A DNA stretch of 64,000 nt, taken from the NCBI GenBank assembly GCA_001179505.1, contig CDMY01000359.1:1-64000 (forward strand), written 5' to 3'. Shown piece by piece: positions 60,440 to 64,000 of this stretch. Position 1 is the stretch's first letter, and each line of letters opens with the position of its first letter. Position numbers and translations under genes: made by a program. This stretch comes from Vitrella brassicaformis CCMP3155 (lineage: Eukaryota; Protista; Chromerida). The notes beneath the pieces were generated by a model. The model saw only the letters and a program-made list of their open reading frames with translations. It was not told the DNA's origin and made no database searches.

Positions 60440-63400
60440 TCAACCGCCCCTGCAGAACCGGTTCCTGGCTGTCCTGTCGCCCTCATCCCCCTCCACCTGC
60501 AAATATCGCTCCAGCCCCTGCCGCAAATACTCGCTCCTGCCAGTCATGTCAGCTCGATCCCTCGCTGTCTCGGGGGCCTCCTCCGGGGCACGCTGGAGGG
60601 CGTAATACGTGTTGCACGAGTACGTGTGTGGGGGCCGGTGGGTGTGTGCGGGCCTGGGGGTCGGTGTGGTCTCCTGCGTGATGGTGTGGGTGTGGGTGTT
60701 GGTGTGGGTGTTGGCTCGCTGCTGCTGTCTGTTGAATCGTCTGAATGAGAGTGGGCTGACGGTGGCAGCGAAGAGGGCGGGAATGGGCGAGGTGGGCGGG
60801 TTGGGCGTGGTGCGGGAGCGCATGAGGATGGAGGACATCGACCATCGTCGAGTGCTGCCGCCGGGGGAGTCAGTGGCTGACGCGCACCTGACAGACAGAC
60901 AAACAACATAGGATGTCTGTCTTCTGGGCCGCTGGTGTGGTGTGGTGTGGTGTGAAGTGTGTACCTCTTGCGCATGCCCCATCTGAGTTTGAGCTTGGGC
61001 CCCTTCTTCCTCTTGCCGCCCTTGGCGGTGTTGACCACCACGTCCCCATCACACACCTTGCCCAGCGCCTGTGTGTCCACCGCCTTGTCCTTCATCGCTG
61101 CCGGAACCTTCTTGGCCGGCGTGGGCGGATCCTCCTGGTCAGAGTGATGCAACTGAATAAGACAGACCAACACACGATGAGAGAGAGAGAGAGAGAGAAC
61201 ATGTCAACACACATGTGGATGGAGGGGGCGGAGGGATGGGTGTGTCTTCTCTCTCAACTCACCTCGTCCACAGGCGGCTCTTCGGGCACTGGGGGCGGTG
61301 AGGGCGACACCTCTCTCGGCGGAATGGCCATCGGCACGGGGTTGGGATGGCAAACAAAGGGGGACCCGTCGGCAGACGCGGGCGGCAGCGCCACGGGCAC
61401 CGGGCTCACACCCGGCACCACCACCTCATATGCCGTGACTGCCCGCCCGTCGTCTGTCTCCTTGTCCGTGTCGCACACACCACATGCGAACAGCGACCTT
61501 GGCTGGGAGCCCTTCTGGCTCTCGTCGTCCCCCGCCGCGCTTGGCTCGTCCGGCCATCTCTGGGAGAAGGGCAGGGGCGTCATGGACTGGACAGAGGAGG
61601 AGCCCGACACGGCCGACATGCACGACGGCAGCGTCACGAGCCCCCCGCCGTCCTGCCCGTCGCTCTCGAAGCACTCGCTGCCGCTGTGCAGGGGCGTCCC
61701 GAACGACACGCACGACGAGTCGCTGCCCGCCCCACCGCCGATGGCCATCCACTTGTCGTCGCTCATCACGCCCATCGGGGACTTCTTCAGCACTGTGGGG
61801 TCGCCCCCGTCGGCACGGTAGGCCACTGGTGGGAGGTAGGGTGCGATGGGGAGGGTCTGCTCGGGTGTGAGGGCCGTCATGACACAGGGGTCGGAGAACG
61901 CGCCGGTGGGGATGGGTGGGGGCGAAGGGGGCGGGGTCTGTGCTGCTGGGGGAGGGGAAAGGGGCCGGGGGATGGGGACTGTCGACGACGAGGCGAAGCC
62001 GTTGACACAGTTGTTGAGCGGCGAGTCTGTGGACTGGACGAAGGCGTCGATCTGCTCGAGGAATCCCGCGGCGGCGTGCCTGCCGCTCCTGCTGTCGGGT
62101 GACCAGCTCCTCTCGATCAGGTCGTCGATGCAATCGATGTTCTCGACATCAAAGCTCAGGCCGTCGTCGCTCGTCTGGTTCTCGTCGTCCTGGTTGGTCC
62201 CGCAGCTCCCCGCGCCCTCACCCGCACTCGTCGAAGGCGACACCGACCTGTCGGCCCGCTCGCTGTCGTGCTGGTGGTAGTGGGGCTTGTCGGCCTCCCC
62301 CTTGTGTGTGGGTGTGGGCGGCTTGCTGCCGCTGTTGAACCACCCCGTCCAGCCCATCTGCATGGCGGGGCCGAGGGAGAAAGAGGAGATGTTCTGGTTC
62401 TCGCTCTCGGTGTCGGCCTGCGTGTCGGTGTCGGGCTTGTCGTCGGCCAGGAGGGCGGGCTTGTCGTCACCCTCAGCGTCTTCCCCGTCAGGGTGCTTGT
62501 TGAGCGGTGTGGGTGGGAGGTGGAAGCACTCGGGCGGGATCTGGATGTCTTCAAACGCATAGTCCGGCAGCGGGAAGAACTGAGCTCAGGGCACCCATCC
62601 CATACACAGCACAGACAGCCGTGGAGTGGACACACACACTTGACGGACACGTGTGTACCTGCAGCATGGGCAGCACGAAGTAGTCGATGTTTTGGAGGAG
62701 GTTGCTGTTGTGGGTCATGTCCTTGGGCGTCACGAGCAGCTTCTTAGTGCCCGACGGGATGGCCGTGTAAAGACCCACCGCGTGTCGGTAGGGGATCAGC
62801 GTGTCCGACTGCCCGTGGATCAGCAACAGCGGCGCGCGGACCTGACACACACACACGCACACACACACGCACACGGGGGTGGACACGTGTCTGTGAGTGT
62901 TGTTCTGTGGGTGTGACCTGGCTGGCTGACCTTCTGAATGTGTTTGTAGTTTGGGAATCGTTCCTTGATGAAGTTGGCGACGAATCCCACGTTGGACCGC
63001 ACCACCTCCTTGATCGACAGGAAGGGCGACACCAGAATCACACCCGCCGCATCGCCGAACAGAGATCCCAGGTACACCGCTGGGCCAGTACCTGAGAAGT
63101 GAGACAAAAGAGAGAGAGAGGGGGAGGGAGGAAGGCGTGTACTGTGGCTGTCGTCGTGCCTACCGATTGATCTGCCCATGATGAAGATGGAGTCCTCAGG
63201 CCACTCAATCACGTCACGCAGGTACTCAAACACAATCCGGCTGTGAGAGAAAAGCGACACACACACACACACACCCCAAGACACAAGACACCAACGGAGA
63301 GAGGGATGCACACATGTTTTGGGTGTGGTGTGGGTCTTCCCTCCCTCCCTGCCCTGCCCTGCCCTCCTACCCTACCTGTGCGCATAAACGGTGTTCTCGT

Positions 63401-63930
63401 CAGGCACTCCGTCGGCAATACCGTACCCGGGATACTCCATCGCACACACCTGACGAGATACACGCGTCATGTTCACACACACAGACAGCTATCCGCACCG
63501 CCATGTCGTTCGTTCGTCCACCGTGTGTGTCAACCGTTCCTGCTTAGCTGCTTACGTGGACTTGGAACTGTTCCTTGAGGAGGTTGCAGAAGTGGTAGCA
63601 CCGGCCGACGTCCTCGGCGTTGCCGTGGAAGAACAAAATCACAAAACGCGCACTAGGGTACCGCAGGAACAGACACGGAATGCGATCACCGGTGGCACCC
63701 TCGCCAGACGACCCCTCCGAGGTGGCATCCCCACCACCACCACCGCCACCAGCCCCACCGCCATGATCAGATGTGTTGGCCCGGTGGCTGACGACCGTGT
63801 CGCGTGTGTCGTGTGGCTTGGGTATGAAGATGAGCTGGTTGGGGAAGGAGCGGCTGGTGTAGGAGGGGGGCGGCTTGGGGAACACCAGGGTGTCGACATT
63901 GAAGGGCAGACGCAGCGGCAGAGAGGCCAT
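60440..63930 (-). CDS. ABHD17-like alpha/beta hydrolase (putative protein depalmitoylase family) with long low-complexity C-terminal extension
   Basis: VFPKPPPSY; ILFFHGNAED; AMEYPGYG; nucleophile GRSIGTGP; GVILVSPFLS; LLLIHGQSDTLIP; MTHN. Ser-Asp-His triad intact across GT-AG exons. Confidence 0.9.
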
Positions 63931-64000
63931 GGCCGGCGATGTCAGTCAAGGTCAAGGAATGACGGAGAGAGGGCGAGGTCGGACGGACGGACGGACGAGC

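Overview
Eukaryotic, GC-rich, intron-dense draft scaffold with seven fixed 300-N placeholder gaps and abundant (GGAT)n, (CA)n, (GA)n and (CAGA)n microsatellites. The gene style resembles the chromerid alveolate Vitrella brassicaformis; this is an inference and was not searched. Layout: (1) 1-6372, a decayed Ty3/Gypsy LTR retrotransposon on the minus strand that keeps a recognisable LTR, a tRNA-Gly-like PBS and a canonical -1 frameshift signal. (2) A multi-exon hypothetical gene and a triple-CCCH zinc-finger gene facing away from each other across telomere-like motifs. (3) About 6 kb of non-coding microsatellite DNA. (4) Two mosaic paralogous arms in inverted orientation (about 21-31.6 kb on +, 47.3-56 kb on -). 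They are built from shuffled exon modules: acidic/basic-Pro X and Y genes, a coiled-coil module, SAM-like exons, a KH-like exon pair, and one apparently intact Cid1/TUTase-like nucleotidyltransferase domain with two dead copies. (5) Between the arms, four paralogues of a lineage-expanded family, an ankyrin-repeat gene and two SAM-like genes. (6) A divergent pair of small genes and an ABHD17-like alpha/beta hydrolase. The most notable candidate system is the nucleotidyltransferase-SAM(-KH) duplicating array. No rRNA, tRNA gene or CRISPR array was seen. All exon models were read by hand, and boundaries not stated explicitly are approximate.
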